Position numbers and translations under genes: made by a program. From Nemertoderma westbladi (taxonomy: Eukaryota; Animalia; Xenacoelomorpha), in assembly GCA_032718475.1 (NCBI GenBank), contig JAUCBJ010008858.1, positions 1 to 34,370 on the forward strand: 34,370 nucleotides of DNA, written 5' to 3'. This document shows positions 32,044 to 34,370 of this stretch, piece by piece. The first letter of the stretch is position 1; each line of letters opens with the position of its first letter. The notes beneath the pieces are model-generated. The model did no database searches, had not been told where the DNA came from, and was given only the letters and a program-made list of their open reading frames with translations.

Positions 32044-33612
32044 ATTTGCTTAACTGCTTAAAAGTTGAATGACAATTACATAACATCAAGGCACCGGAAA
32101 ATAAGCCTCTCAATACGAACTTATCTTCTTCTGTTCTTTGCTCATATTATGGGTTTTGAGAACTCCGCTAAACTATTCTAACAATTTTGCTTATTTGGAT
32201 ATGATGTATGATGACCAAAATAAATACATAAACAGTTATATCGGTAAACGAGATAGGCCTACCGGTATCACTTGGTTCTGTTAGGATAGGCTACCGACTA
32301 AACACAGTATATTATTATTAATATTACTTTACAAACTCGATGACTACATAAAATTAATACATGTACCGGTCAGCCGGTAGGTACTGAGGTAATGCTGTAA
32401 TGTAACATTACATAGGTATACCGGTACACACTACCACTACTGCATGTACTGCACTACACCCACAGCTGCACCCTGCACATTGACAGAGTACGAGTGCACA
32501 AGACTGCCATACAGGCTATAAATTGAAATTCAAACGAATGGGAAAAGGGATACCGCACTGGTAATAATATATAATTTTTTTTTTAATAGGCCTAATACCT
32601 GTAATAACTGAATAATGTTTAAATAATGTTTTATAGGCCTAACTGCCTAAATAAAATAGACCTAAAAAAGGAAATGACAAAAATGGGATGTCCTTTCTGC
32701 CTTTGTCAGTTTGTATCTCGTTCTCGTAAAATAGCATTGCAACATTAAATTGCAGAATTAGGTGCAGAGTGCAGACGACATTCCACAACACAACAATTTA
32801 CAGATTTATGAATCAACAACATTCTGACATTCAGCAGAATGTGAGCAGGGTAGGTAGGTCTACTGGCAACTGGGTAAGGCTAAGGCGTCTTAAAGTCAAA
32901 ATAATTTACTGATTTCATTTAGGGCCTACGCAATTCTAACGATTGTCTGATTGTAGGGTATTAATACTGTAATACAGTCAACAGTAGCAGGCAGGCAGGC
33001 CTACCTCAGTACCTCTAACTCTAACCTAATGCTGTAATCTGGTAATGAGGAAGAGTGATAGATACGCATACGCAACACATATTGTCAGATTGTGCCTGGG
33101 ACATACTGACATATAGACCTACGGTGGACGGTAGTAGAAGTAGTACGGCTGTACGGTACGTACGGTGTTCGTAAACCGTAGGCAGCAAGGCAGGTAGGCC
33201 TAACAAGCATATCTCAGTATCTGCATTCTGCATACAGGCATATGGAAGTCGGTACAACTGTCAGACTGTATTGCACTGCACTGCACCTGACGAACCGGTA
33301 GGTACAAACTGATGACGCCTGTCTGTCTGCCCCGGTTGAGTAATTCAGTAATTCTGGGCACTCTTGAAACAGTACAAGTTCTAAAACTAAAATGAGTTCA
33401 GGAGTTAATCAGTACAGCAGTAAACCTAATTCAGTAAAAGCAAGATACAGTTTGTTGTAATGGCAGGGCAGTCAGTCCGCACAGCCGCTCCGCAGTCCGG
33501 TCGGTCTGAATGGCCAAGCCGCCTCGCCGGCTGCCTAAGATAGCGTTTTCAGCGCACAGGTGGAGGTGCACTGTGTTGTGTACCGGTCAGCCGGTAAGTG
33601 CTAAAATGCACA

Positions 33613-34370
33613 AGTCAACGAGCAACAATGACTAACAACGAGCAACAATGAGCAACAACGGGCAACAACGAGCAACAATGAGCAACAACGAGCAACAATG
33701 ACCAACAATGAGCAACAACGAGCAACAATGAGCAACAACGAGCAATAATGATTGTTACTCGTTGTTGTACTGTAATAATAAAGTACAACAACGAGTAACA
33801 ACGAGCAACAATGAGCGATAATAAAGTACAACAACGAGCAACAATGAGCAACAATGAGCAACAACGAGCAACAATGAGCAACAACGAGCAACAATGAGCA
33901 ACAACGGGCAACAATGGGCAACAACGAGCAACAATGAGCAACAATCAGGAACAACGAACAACAACGAGCAACAGCGAGCAACAATGAGTAATAATAAAGT
34001 ACAACAACGAGTAACAATGAGCAACAACGATCAACAATGAGCAACAACGAGTAAGAATGAGCAACCACGAGCAACAATGAGCAACAATGACCAACAATGA
34101 GCAACAACGAGCAACAATGAGCAACAACGAGCAATAATGATTGTTACTCGTTGTTGTACTTTATTATTGCTCGTTGTTGCTCGTTGTTGCTCATTGTTGG
34201 TCGTTGTTGCTCATTGTTGCTCGTTGTTGTTTGTTGTTCCTCAGTGTTGCTCCTCAGTGTTGCTCGTTGTTGTTCGTTGTTGCTCATTGTTGCTCGTTGT
34301 TGCCCATTGTTGCTCGTTGTTGCTCGAGGTTGCTCATTCTTACTCGTTGTTGCTCATTGTTGATCGTTGT
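33613..34370. repeat. 10-bp tandem array GAGCAACAA(C/T) that switches strand at ~34137
   Basis: GAGCAACAAY units up to ~34135, then TTGTTGCTC(G/A) units to the window end. Confidence 0.93.

Noticed and set aside
33601-34363. Cys/Leu-rich ORFs (VAHCCSLLL)n
   Set aside because: Translations of the 10-bp tandem array in several frames and on both strands.

Overview
AT-rich eukaryotic (probably invertebrate animal) DNA. The left 20 kb holds two related BEL/Pao-type LTR retrotransposons lying head-to-head, 938 bp apart, with complementary coding content. Element A (minus strand, 5' LTR 5758-6950, running off the left edge) carries only RT-RNase H-integrase. Element B (plus strand, 7889-20003, near-identical ~1.23 kb LTRs, CCGCT target-site duplication) carries one intact 1480-aa Gag-protease ORF from which RT, most of RNase H and integrase are missing through in-frame deletions. 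They share LTR termini, a ~1.6 kb leader and a near-identical 3' UTR, suggesting a bipartite, trans-complementing retrotransposon. Neither has a tRNA-type PBS: the bases right after each 5' LTR are instead complementary to a site inside that element's own LTR, with different sequences in A and B, suggesting Tf1-like self-priming. Both LTRs also carry a conserved ~30-aa micro-ORF. The right part has a 22-bp minisatellite, a 1.3-kb foldback, MITEs, intronless TECR and LRRCC1-like host genes, and a 10-bp array that inverts orientation. All alignments and counts were made by eye.
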